Source: Phallusia mammillata
Taxonomy: Eukaryota
Length of the DNA: 64,000 nucleotides
Reading direction: 5' to 3'
NCBI GenBank assembly: GCA_965637545.1
Contig: OZ281501.1
Location: 14,074,001 to 14,138,000, forward strand
Shown here: one piece after another, positions 24,078 through 36,483 of the stretch
Layout: each line of letters begins with the position of its first letter
How positions within the stretch are numbered: position 1 is the first letter of the stretch
The notes under the pieces: generated by a model
Database searches by the model: none
What the model was told of the DNA's origin: nothing
Seen by the model: the letters and a program-made list of their open reading frames with translations, nothing else
Translations under genes and position numbers: made by a program

Positions 24078-27000
24078 TCATCCTGCTGCTTCAACGGCAG
24101 TTCCGTCAGCCGTAGCATCGTTTTGTTCCACTGGTTTTGACTCTACCGCTGTGGTTTCTTCAGCTGGTTTGCCATTCTCCTTTGGTGGATCATTTTCAGT
24201 CGGAGCTGCTACAAAAAAGAAGAAAAATCAAAAATTGTACTATCTGTATTATCACTAAAAAGACAGTAGAACTAAATATGAAGTCACAACAACAAAGTTT
24301 GATAAATACCGGTAGATGGCGTAAAGAGCGCAGTGATTTGAATTGAGACTGGGATGGGGTTAGTAACTAAATATAGGGTTAGAAACTAAGTTTATAAGTT
24401 GGCTTCATTGCTATTTTTATTATAACACCTCACCCCAACCCTACTAGCCTTAACCGTCAGCTTTTTCACACCATTTGGGTTTTTGAATTTCTTTAATGCT
24501 CTTTGCGCCATCTATCGGTATTTAGCAATCTTTTCTGTTGTGAGTTCTCACGTTAGTAGAATTTCCTAAAATGATTTCTTGGTAGAAAGTGCAAGCCTTT
24601 TTTGTCATGTATTCTTAACGTTAAGACATTTGCTGTTTACCGTAACTCTTAAGGTGTCAAAACGCAACTGGGGTCAACTTGTCAAAAGAAAAAAATGATA
24701 CTTTGTACTTTGTTATTTTATGATAAAAAATTATCGTCTGTAAATCGTTTTAGAGGTGTTTTGTCCGTCCAACTCTAAAACGACTTTTATACAGTAAATG
24801 TACGCAAAGTCAGGTTGGTTACGTACTGACAATGATTTGTTTTTGCTCAACTTCCTAAAGCAGCGACGATATAGGCAAAATATTGTTTTACTGAGGAAGT
24901 CATTACGGATGCAGTCTCGAACATTGTTATGATGTGCAAGCACACCCTTAATGGTGAGGTAATAGTTTTAAACTGGCCGTAGGAGTATATGTTTACCCAG
25001 GGTCAAAGTAAATACAAGGAATATAAATATGACCTTAATCTGAACTTATTTCCTAAAGCATCACGAAAATCCTAATCGAAATGGCAAAGTTATGTGTTAT
25101 GATATTTCCGCACTTTTTGACATTTTTGGTTGTCACGCAAAGACGTAACAGTTTTTAATCTGCGTCAAGTGGTTTTGCTAGCTTTGCTATCAAAACGATT
25201 TTAAGTTCCAGAGTCCTCTATCTAAAAAAAAAACTAATTGTCTAATTTGAAGTAACTGAAATTTTTTTTTTTTATTATTCCATTTCAATTCTGATTAAAG
25301 GTCGCTAATGCATACGTTTTTAATCCTCTATCATGTGCCTCGATGGAAAATTTAGGAAATGCAATCTACCCAGTAGTGGGATTCAGATTTTTTTTGTCAG
25401 CCGGTTCTATCACAAAAGTCATATTTTTCAGCCGGTTCTGTTACAAAAAGTTTCCATTGACAGTAACCAGTAATGCTAACCGGTTCGCTGATCTCGTAAA
25501 ATTTCGTGAGCCGGTTCTATAGAATCGGTGCAAACCGGCTGAATCCCACCACTGAATCTACCTTCACGATGTCTCAATTCACACACTAAACATACCCCCC
25601 CCCCAAATTTCCCATGGTTGAAAACCTAGTGTAATGCATTAACTTATAGTACACCACATTTTTGTCCTAATCCACTTCTTAACTGTATGCATTTTTTTCA
25701 ATTAGTTTTTACACTCTTGGTTTTGGTATTTAACCTGACTTATCAACAATGCCATTTCGACAATTTTGGAATAGTTGCAATGACCGATTGCATTAAGCTT
25801 CTTCTGAAACCTCTTAAAAAAGTTTAAGAGTGCAAGTTTTAAGTGATGCTTTCAAATAGTTTGCCTACCTCCATTGGTTTCCTGCGTTGGTTCTTGAACC
25901 GGTTCTTGAGCTGGCTCTTGTCCACCCTCCTCAGCAGGAGCAGCTTCCTCCGCCTTCTCGGCTTTCTTGTCACCTTAACAAACATACCTATTTTAGTTCA
26001 TTGTATGTTACAACTACTTATTGAATGCAGTACTCGTGTGGTGAACAAATGACCCTTACTGATCATCTAACACAGTTTTCAACAACGGACCATTTGATCT
26101 TTTAGACATAGAGGTTATCATGTTAAGGGTATTTAGAGTTTTGTGGTTTTCGGGTCTATTAACTTTATTACTTGGTAAATGTTTGGCCCTGCAATGGACA
26201 TGTAGGCGTACTTTTATTGCAATCAAGATTAAAAAATAGAAAAAATACAACAAAAAGTTGTACAGCTGGTAACGTTAAAATATGACGCAGCTTCGTTCGA
26301 AACAAATTTAAACACTGAGATAAGGTTGATTAAAGATAATTTCAACAAAAATGTCTACCTTCAGTTGTTTTCTCCGGCTTCGACTTTTTGGTGCTAAAAA
26401 TTTTAAAAACTTTTCTAAACGACTTGCTGGAAAGTTTTCCCTTCTTCTTTTTCTCTTTCTTGTCTTCTGCTGGTTGTGAGCTCTCGCCCTGCTCGGGAGC
26501 TGCCTCCTTTGCCGCCTCTTCTTCTGCTGGAGCATCAGCAGCAGGAGTTTCTTCCGCTGGCTTCTCCTCGGCAGTCTCAGGCTCCTATAAATACAAGTGG
26601 ATTCGGTTCATTTTATGTAGCTGATTTGTAACATGCTTAAATGTATAGTGAAACAGGATTGCTACTGTTAGGCATCAAAGTATGATTGCTCCTAAGACAA
26701 ATGCAGTAACACATTACGGATTGACACATAAGTTCAAACGCTTTCATAAAAACGGACATTGACATTGTCAAACACTTAACTCATTAAAATGTCTGCCGCC
26801 ATTTAGGCTTGAAGTTGCTGCGTGGTAAACGAAGTAGATTTATTTGCAAAAAATGTCGGTTGAATGCAAACGGACGCGGGAATGACAAATACACTTGGCA
26901 CGGCCAACTATAACGAAGTCTACGTCGTGTTATTCACATTTACATTTTGCTGAGCACACTGGATAGCTCGTCAGCTTGCCTATCACGTGTAAAACTGACG

Positions 27001-30000
27001 TCAACACATGTACTCGGCGGTTACCCACAATGCCACAGGCCCGCGCGTTTGGTTCGCATGGTTCGAAAGCCGTCGGTTTGACATGAGGTAATTTGCGCCA
27101 GAGAGGTATGGAAGAATACTACGAAATTATGCGGAACTGCATTATTCGGTGGCATCGCGTCACCAGCTGTCGTTGAGGGAAGTTTTTGTTTGTGCCGCTT
27201 TATGGACCCCGTCGTTGCAGTTGCACTTTTACAATTGCTCGCCCATGTATATTCACAACACGCCAATAAACCTAACATTCGTAAACGTTTCGTTTAGGGC
27301 GTTTTTACACTTTGTTTTTCATTGCTTGTACTGGTTCGTATTAATCTTAGTATCCTTAAGCCCTTTGCGGAAGTCATGTTCCCTTAAACTTAATAAACTA
27401 AAAAGTCAGGTTTTAAAAGACTTAGATAATAAGAAAAAGATAATTTTGCCAACCTTGGTCTCAGTTTGTTCCGGTTCCTGTGCTGGAGTTTCCTCGGGGG
27501 TTTCCACTGGGGCTTCTGTAAAACAAAAAGTACGTGATATGAAAAATCAATGCGACTAAACCATCCAGGGGACAAAGTGACATTAAAACCATGATCCTAT
27601 GCAAAAAACTGTTTACGGTTTAATGTATTTTTCTGCTCACAAATCTTTAAAGTAAAACGTCCCGATTAGACCTCTATGACTAATAGAAACTGGATTTGGT
27701 TTTAGAATGCGGAAGAAGGCTTCACAACAGCAATCGATTTATGTAGCCCGCGGATTTGAGCTTTCGTTCGTTTCCTTGCAAATCACGTGACCGTTTCTGG
27801 GATTTGCGCAATCCTAAAATTTTGCAGCCGTCTGGACTTCCGCGTTTCCAACTTTTGCAAATAACAAGGAAGTTACGACTTTTACAAATGCCACCCGATG
27901 TCCATTATAACTTTTCTCGTGTGCGAATAACCTTCCTATCAATTGAACATGAAATACGCAACAACTGCAAATCGAGGTGCATGTTTAAATCCCACCGCAG
28001 GAATCAATTATATCATATTTTTTGCTCTTTTTCTATGGTTCGGGTGAGACACTTAAACATATAAAGACGACCGAGTGATTTATTGCAGAGAACAACTGTT
28101 TTACTACAGACCGAAAATAACTTCCATTAACGCATTGTTGTGTCAATGAAAATGGCTACATTAGGACACCATCGACGGTTATAACGAATGTAAGACTTGA
28201 ATTTCCTCATTGGAAAGACATAATGTTGCTTCTTTGAAATGTATTGCTGTCTTTTTTAAAAGTTATTTTAGAACAATAATATGAAACAAGTGTGTGTGAC
28301 TTGTTGAAGGACAAACCCATGGAAACACGAAGGTCAGTTTTGTCGTAACATTGCAAAACGTTCTTATAATTATGTTTCTCTTACCGGGTTGGTCTCCCAT
28401 TGCTGTTTGGTTTGATAAATCAAATACAAATGTAAAAACAAGCAAAAAAGTTGCACCTTTCTACCAAATAGACAAAATGAATTTTGAAATTTAAAAACTA
28501 TTACCAATGCCTCGCACTTCGATAAAAACAAAACACTTATCTATCGACCCATCTAAAAACGCGCACCCAGCCAAACTATTCAAACACTATTTCGCAAACC
28601 TGCTTTCTAACCTGCGTACAACAGATTCTCAACTGTAGTGATGCGTCGTTGAACGAAATACAACTCAACCTTTAGCATGTATTTCTAAACAACCATTATC
28701 TCATATCTCACACCCTCACACCCTCACATCAATAACTTATGTCAGCGTTCATGGTCATATACCGAGTGATGAACAACCGCTTTTAGCGTCAGTTTGCAAA
28801 CGATTTACAACGCGTAAGCAAGCGTCATGTCGACATTTCATAGCAACAAAATAGAAAAAACAGCGAGACTGCACGCAGGTCTGTCTCAACGACGTCAAAG
28901 CGCTACTTGCCAAAGTAACCGGTTTTATTTGCGCCAGGAGCAACATTGACACTTTCGTTAAACTAACATATCGTAAAATTTCCTAAACCTTACTAATATT
29001 GTGTGCGGCGTACTACTATATTGCAAAGAACATATTATGTTGGTTGCTATGCCATGTTGTATGACAAAAAACTTTGCGTCGATATATCTTCTTTAAAATT
29101 GCGTCAATATATCTTCACCGTTCAGATCGTTCTAATAATTACGCCTCGTTATAACCCTAACCGACGTATTTTCGGCATTGTGCCACGTTTAAATGCGAAT
29201 CACAAACCTGAACTTGCCTAGAAATAAATCTACAAGCAAACCCTTTTATATCAGAGCGTTTAAATTCGGAAATAATAACACCAATTGTGAAAGGTTTCTA
29301 AACGCGTTGTTCACCAAGCATTCTAGCATCCTAGTATCTAACAAGCCACAATAACCGGTTATGTGCTAAACAAAACCATAACAAACTGTTTGCAAGCGCG
29401 AGGGTGTGTTTCCATCAAAACTGCTGCCGCAACCCTGCCTCCGTCCAACAAAACGTTCTGTGTGATACTAAACTCAGGAAGTAGCAAATAGCTGCTGATA
29501 TTGCCTGCCACGCCCTGACGGCTTGCGTAATGCATAAACAACTCACATCTGCACTAACACAGTCGAACAGTGGGCGGTATTACCATTCAAACCCTACACG
29601 ATCCTATGCCACAAACTAAAACTATTACATCATCCTGAATGTGTGCCCTTTTTTATCCGAGCCCGGCAGAGGATTTGGCATTTATTGATTCGCGAGCCGA
29701 ACTTTAGCAAGCAGAGCCTCTTGTTCACGAGATATCACGAAATCTGGATGCCTACTTCGCTATAGTCCATAGTCTACCCCGCTAAATGCAACCCATGAAT
29801 CAAACTCGTTGGGCAAACAAACCAAACAGCGCCACCATCGATATCTATGTTTCTATTATAAACATTCACACAGTACCTTGAAGTCTTACGCTTCCATATT
29901 TGAATTTGAACATTATTTCCACCACCAACACTTTGAATCCAGTTTTTACATTCACTACATCTTATTTCCGGGTTAAACGTACATACAAACTGCGGAGGCT

Positions 30001-30544
30001 TTCAAGAAATCCTTTCCATTTAGCACAGACCGAAACGTGACGTAAGTCAGACAAAACGCTCAGACAATTCAAAGATAACCCGCCCAGATATATTTAGATT
30101 TTTCAAATTTATAAATCTCAACCAACCTTCTTGTTTTTGTTGCGCTGTTTCTCCCATTTCTTCGGCCTTGGGTTCTTCTACTTCGGACGTTTGTGGTTCA
30201 GCTTCAGTCGTTTGTGGTTCCTCAGTCGTTTGTGGTTCTTCAGTAGCTTGTGGTTCAGCTTCAGTTACTTGTGTTTCAGGTTCTGTCTTTTCTGGTTCGT
30301 CCTGAGTCGTTTGTGGTTCAGGGTCCTGAACTTGCGGCTCGGGTTCGCTTGCTTCTTGAGTCTCCTCTACAACTTCAGCAGTTTGTGGTTCTTCAGTCGT
30401 TTGTGGTTCTGGCACTGGAGGTTCAGGTTCTGGTGCTGGTGGTTCTTCACTCTGGACTTCTTGTACTGGTTCCTCAACTGGCTCTTGCGCGGGACTTTCT
30501 TCCTGTGCCGGCTCAGGCATTTGAACTTCTTCTTGTTCAGACAT
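24078..30544 (-). CDS. Acidic Glu/Pro/Ala-rich disordered protein with a MARCKS-like basic effector segment; 5 exons, 313 aa
   Basis: Exons 30544-30127, 27515-27454, 26584-26359, 25973-25869, 24208-24078; total 942 nt, GT-AG, frame preserved. Basic/aromatic island KKEKKKKGKLSSKSFRKVFKIFSTKKSK in exon 3; EPQTTE repeats in exon 1. Confidence 0.85.
25371..25554. mobile_element. hAT MITE, 184 bp
   Basis: TIRs cagtagtgggattcag / ctgaatcccaccactg (15/16). TSD aatctacc at 25363-25370 and 25555-25562. Confidence 0.92.
28385..28400 (-). CDS. Candidate alternative first coding exon (MGDQP) of the MARCKS-like gene
   Basis: ATG GGA GAC CAA CCC G followed by consensus donor gtaaga. Phase 1 matches the acceptor at 27515, giving a 179-aa isoform. 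Confidence 0.4.
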
Positions 30545-30797
30545 CGCAATTATCGCGTCACTATTAACACTCTTTGTTCTACGTCTTAAATGGCGCCCTG
30601 TGTGACGAAACAAAGCACGTCGATTGTTTGTCGACTGACGACTTTGCGCGATAAGGGTGACGCTTTGCACGCAGATTACGTGAAACAACGAAACACAAAG
30701 AACCGCCTTGGCTCGTCTAGAGCGTCAAAGTTCGAAAATCGTTAGTGCAAATACAATCACCGAAAACGCGCCATTTCGTCATCCCTGTTGAACAGTG

Positions 30798-30874
30798 TGA
30801 CGTCATAAAGCGTCGGTCAATGTAACAATGTTGCGAATGTAATGTTATGTGACGCCCATAGCAAAATGACGTCA
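30798..30874. promoter_or_regulatory. Paired CRE palindromes upstream of the MARCKS-like gene
   Basis: TGACGTCA at 30798-30805 and 30867-30874, with a half-site at ~30850, in a CpG-rich stretch 250-330 bp upstream of the ATG. Confidence 0.4.
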
Positions 30875-33800
30875 TCTAAAACTGCAATTAAACGCTAATG
30901 CTGTCTTTCAATCACGGTTTTTGGTAACTTTGCACTATTTTCTAAAAATCACTGACAAAACTTTAACCCTTGGACAACCAACACATTTTTGGGTAATGTT
31001 CGAAATTTCAAAACTACAAATCTTTTGCAAACACACTGACACAGCAAGATGATCAACACATAATAAAGCATATCTTTTAAATAAAGCTTCAAAATTAGGC
31101 CAAATATCATGTCGTACTTTTTACATGTTTATAAAACCTATATGTGCGTAAACCCTGAAATCCTGTCTCCACGGGGTTGCAGCAACGATTGTTTAAACAA
31201 AGCGAACGGTTTTACTTCATTCAAACTGTGACGATCCGTAAAACATGGGGCTTTGTGCAGGATTAGAATGGCAACAAACTGGTGCTTGGGAAACTTAATC
31301 TGATGACCATCTTAACTTATTTTCAAATGTTTCCTTTTTAACAATAAAACCACGACAAGTACCTTTTGTAGAGCAGTATTTGGATTAAATCAAGAAGTTC
31401 GTGCAAATGTCTTTGCAAATCTAAGTAATTATAAAACGAGTTTCCTAATGAAGCGATTATTTTAACATCTTGGGTGAAAACAAACGATGAATAAAAACAA
31501 TACGTTTTGTTATTTTCCAAACAGGACATCAATACGTTTGTAGGATCCATAATTCTCCGATAGTAACGAAAAAGTAAAATCGTTTTAAATCAAATTACAA
31601 CGTTGTTTTAGCTGCTTGGTGACCCACAGTGTAGTGAGTGTACAGGGTAGATGATAATTTCTTTCATCACTTGCTTTTTATGCTTTAACACGGAAGTAGA
31701 AGTAATTGCTTGCACGAGGAGAAACATAAATGCGTAATATTAACGCCAACTAACAATCTTCTATAAGACTTCCTGAAACAAGTCATACGTCCGTTTATGA
31801 GACATCAAGCATTTTCCACACATTCTTTAAATTTCGATCAGAAAACACAACAACCGAGGCCAACTGCTCAAAGCCCCACTGACAACTATTTTGCAATTAT
31901 ACTACTTATTACCTAAATTAGATTCCTAAAAACCTTAAATTCTAGATCCCTAAATGATGGAACAGTTAAAAGCACTTTTTTAGTCTTACTTTTCAACTTT
32001 CATATAAATGAAAAGTTTAAAAATCGATTGTATCGGCTGATTTTTGTTAGGTGTCAGGCTTACAACCAGCAAAATTTCGAATATAATTAGGAAACAACAC
32101 ATATTTATCTTTCTTTTAAACCTCAAACATACGGTTTAACCGAGTTGATACACAGATCGTTAGCGGCATTTTCACATTTTAGCTCCGAGGGTTAGATACT
32201 ATTCCATGCCAGCTGTTCTAATTCAGTAGTAAACAATGCATTAAAATCACCCACAAAAATGCAAGGCAAAATTTGCATGCATCCAAAAATACTTGCAACA
32301 AATCGCACGCCGTAGCCGTTATGTGACGTCACAACGCGCTTTGTCGCCGCGTTCTCTGGTGAAAAACGAAATCGCGATTGTAGTAGTAAGTGGAAACGAG
32401 CAACTCAAATTCACAGAAACAACCGATGCGCCGCATCTACCACTCCTTCGCTTGACTTGTCTGAGCTAAAACACCTGAAGCTATGCGCGGTAAATCACAA
32501 CAAACAAGTTTTTTTCTTACGATGCGGTTGAAGCTTGCGGCTTGGCAAAGTGAAACTGACAAAGCGTTATGTATCTTTGGTATCCCACAACACAATGCAC
32601 ATAAACCACGTACAATGGCTTGACTGGTTCACGGAATTCATTTCAACGTAAAATCGTACACTTTCATACTTAATGTTCTTCACTGCGTTTTACAATCAGC
32701 TTGCAACAGCAGCAAGTGTGCTACGATTCAAACCTTTAAATACGTAAACCCAAAAGCAGGTTCAAGCCAACTACTGCAATGTTTTTTTTATGTTTTATAT
32801 TTACAATGTTTTATGTATAATGTTTCTTTGCTGCGTAGTACCAACAGCTTGCTACGCCAGCAAGTTTGGAAATACGATATATACCTGATTAAAATGTCAA
32901 CCAAAAAGCATATTCAAGCCAACTATAGACTAGCAGCTTTAATTACTGAACCAGTTAGCTACTGTTCAACAATATTCACTAAGCAAATTCACGGTCTTTA
33001 TGTTTGACCTTTCTGCCTTTGCTTTATGCGTTCCCCGCCCTGTCTTCCGTTCCATCGCACACGAATGCACGTACCTAGTGGCAAGCTGCTAATGTGATGA
33101 GATTTATTGCAGGTTTCCTGTTATAGAATGATTCGCCTGCGCTTCTTGCGTAAAAAGCTGACTCAAGTAACATAAGGAACACGAACGTGATGTTCCAGAC
33201 TTGATGATAAATACAATACTGCTACGTAGTAAGTACCTTTCAACTGATTGATGAATTAGTCCAAAGCTATTTGAGTTATTACTATTTCATTTTTTTAAAC
33301 GGATGGTTGGATAGAAGATATGACAGATATTATGCTCTGCAGTCTGCACCATACAAATTTGATTCAACACCCAAAATTGTTAATATTTTTAATGCTGAGT
33401 TTGTGACAGCCAAACAATGATCAAATATTTACAAAATAGATGTTAGGTTGATTGAAAAGGAACCATTCGGGCCACGAGGCAACTATAATCGTTGTATGCT
33501 AACGAAATCCATTTTTAGAAAATGATAGACTAAAACTTTGGGTGGTATGACACCATACGGAAAGTTAGTACTTTTGTTTTCATAAAACATGGGATTTTAA
33601 TAGTTTCAAACATAAAAACACTGTTCAAACTAATCATGCCATGCACGTTTCATGTTTCACTTCGTATCCTAAAACAGGGTTCATTGGTAAGCAGTACCCG
33701 AAAAAACATTTTGACGTTATTTCACAGTTTTCTGTTCTCATTGCCTGATTACACGCAATTCGTTAAAATACCGATTTTAGCTGAATGTGTGCATGTAAAC

Positions 33801-36179
33801 TGGCCTATTGTCTCCCGTTGCGTTCGCAAATTCCAATGCGATTAGTGTTATCAGTATAATCTTCATTCACATACCACAAACATTGGTAATCCACCGCACT
33901 TTAAACTATTAGCGGATTTTCTCTACATGACGCTATTATTGATATCCAGACACCTCTTTTTGTTCTAACGATATCACGGATTTTGTAAAAAGTCTATGCA
34001 CCCTTATACAAATAAACAATCAATCACTTTAACGTACAGGTGTACTGTCAAATAATTTTTGTTTACTTTCATTCAAAAGCACTTCATGCCACAAAAATGA
34101 TACTTGACTTATTTATTCACACAATTCCAAATCTTTTCTTGCCCTGCTTTGAACAACTAAACATCGCCACACGAACTAACATTATAAACCCATTGAAAAC
34201 TGGCAGTACATAAGGAGAACCTGCCGCCGGCACTAAGCAGGAAAAAACGTCCCACAGAGACAGGCAATATATACCCGGGGGAAAGCCAGCATCTAAATTA
34301 TTCAGCGATCCAGTTCCACTACACATGTATTGATCGCATAAGAAAATCTGTCGCTTCTGTTTTCTGTTTCTGTGTTTGCGTGGCGATAACATGCAAAGAA
34401 ACTGAATGTGATGGCAACCCCTCAAGGTGAAAATGTTGATTTTTAAATTTTACGTTTAACCTTTTTGGTCTAATTGAACCTTAGGTCCTCACGTGCATTT
34501 AAGCAAGGGTCTGTGCGAGCTTTCTGCAGCCAATTGTGATAAGTCTAATGTTTATCTTGCTCTACACTATTTTTAAACCGCGTACAGTATCATATTCCTT
34601 TGGACAGGTCATAAGTTTCAACGATCTGGGTTGTTTTGCGCATTGGTTGTTTACGATAACATGTCATGTATTGATAAATAACAGGCCATACACCCACCCA
34701 ATCTTTATTTAAATTTAGCTCGAAGATGCTGCGTATTTTGCAACGTATACATCCTCTACTGACGTCTATGGTCTACGTGTTTAAGTTTGTACATAACACA
34801 TAAAGGAAAAAAATTGTAGAAGTGAAGTGTAGGATGGTTGGGTTCCAAATGTAACAAAAAACACTGATTTATACTGCTACATTTCACCTAAAGTACTACA
34901 TTTTGAATGATTTTTAAACGCCTGAGTTCACTGTGCCAGGACATGTTTGCTTCCATAGAAATCAATACTAATTGAATTAACAGCGATTGTCGATACCCAC
35001 GTTGTTTGACAAAAAGCCAAACATTGTGCAATATAAACACCGGTTCACTTTGATAAGGACAAATAAAGCAAATGGGTATTCAATAAGCTTCAATCAACCT
35101 TAAAAAGATGAAATATTTTTCTCTGATTGGCGTAACTTTTAATCATCTTTGGTCCAACCAAAACCGAATACCAACCACTACTGTTTTTTTTTTCAAGCTA
35201 AACAATCTGTGCTCTTTTATTGATTTTCATTCAGGCCTAAAAAATTGCCTATTCTTCTAGCACACCAATATTTTCTAGTATACCGTGTCATTGTTATGTG
35301 CCGACCTTTAATGTCGTCTTAGTTTCGGCGGATGCGGTATGGGAAACCCGGCAATTCCCTAAAGTAAATAATTCTAAGATTCGAATACTACATGTATTTG
35401 GTCAAAGACCTAAAAGCAAATTTATTTTGCGTTTTAGGCAAAAAAATTCTGCTTTGCTTGGTGTAGGAACTTTAATAACTGTAGCAAATGTTCATGTTCT
35501 TTTGCTGTAGCAAATTTCAATGCAAAAACGTAGCAATCATTTTGGTAATTTTGAGCATTGTCAGATACTCACTAACGGAACATCGACACAAATTTCGCAA
35601 CGCATAGTTGTGCAACAACTATGTTACCATCTTTATATCGTAAATGATCATATAAATTGGACCAAAAACAAAACTACATTAGTTTTAAATGATGTATTTA
35701 CAACACAAACAATGTCAGCCTTTAATAGTGCGTCCAAGGACGAAAACCGTTTCTACCTCGTAAAGTCAAATCTGTGCAGCCCTCGAAGTATGTTAATGGT
35801 GTTTTACAATGTGTAAGTAAGTCGCACATCCTTTGATCTTTCGTGCAAACTCAGCATGCTTCCTGTACCCATCTATGCACATTTAATCGAATTGACCAGA
35901 TAATAGATAAGCAAAGAGTTGTGTAACGCTATAAATGCGTAACCCGATAATATAATGGAATTAGATTGTTTACAAATAAGTCTCGTTCCCACTTAGTAAA
36001 ATGTTCTGATTCAAATGCCTAATAACAAATAGACATGTAAAGGCTGACTGCACGTTTGGAGAGAACCCACTTCCAACACGCATTCGAACAAGGTTTGTTA
36101 TTTGGGGTTGGTTGATTAGGAAGTCGCAGCCACTAACGTCACCTTATTTCAGACAATTCGTCTAGACTAGACTCTAAAG

Positions 36180-36483
36180 CAGTGGTTCCCAAACTTTTTT
36201 CTTTTAAGGCGCATTTCAGAAAAAACAAAAATTATTTGGCGCACTTCGAACATTTGAATAATTTTTTTAGCTGACAAAGGCACTAACTATGAGGTCATAA
36301 AGCCGCTATACAGGTCACTCTCATAGTTAAATAGCCTAGCTGAACATCTCAGAGACGTGGAGCATGTTGGCCTAGTGGTCTAAGCACCTGGTACTACTAC
36401 TCTACTTGATTGATTTTAATTTCAATATTTTTTGAGGCACACCTAATGACATTTCGCGGCGGCGCATAGTTTGGGAACCACTG
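36180..36483. mobile_element. hAT MITE, 304 bp
   Basis: TIRs cagtggttcccaaact / agtttgggaaccactg. TSD ctctaaag at 36172-36179 and 36484-36491. Confidence 0.93.

Noticed and set aside
30131-30589. Plus-strand Phe/Trp/Leu-rich ORFs (152 and 105 aa)
   Set aside because: Antisense shadows of the repetitive Glu/Pro/Gln exon on the minus strand.
36355-36395. tRNA-like A-box (tggcctagtgg); similar relic near 615-680
   Set aside because: No cloverleaf or intact B-box; decayed SINE heads rather than tRNA genes.
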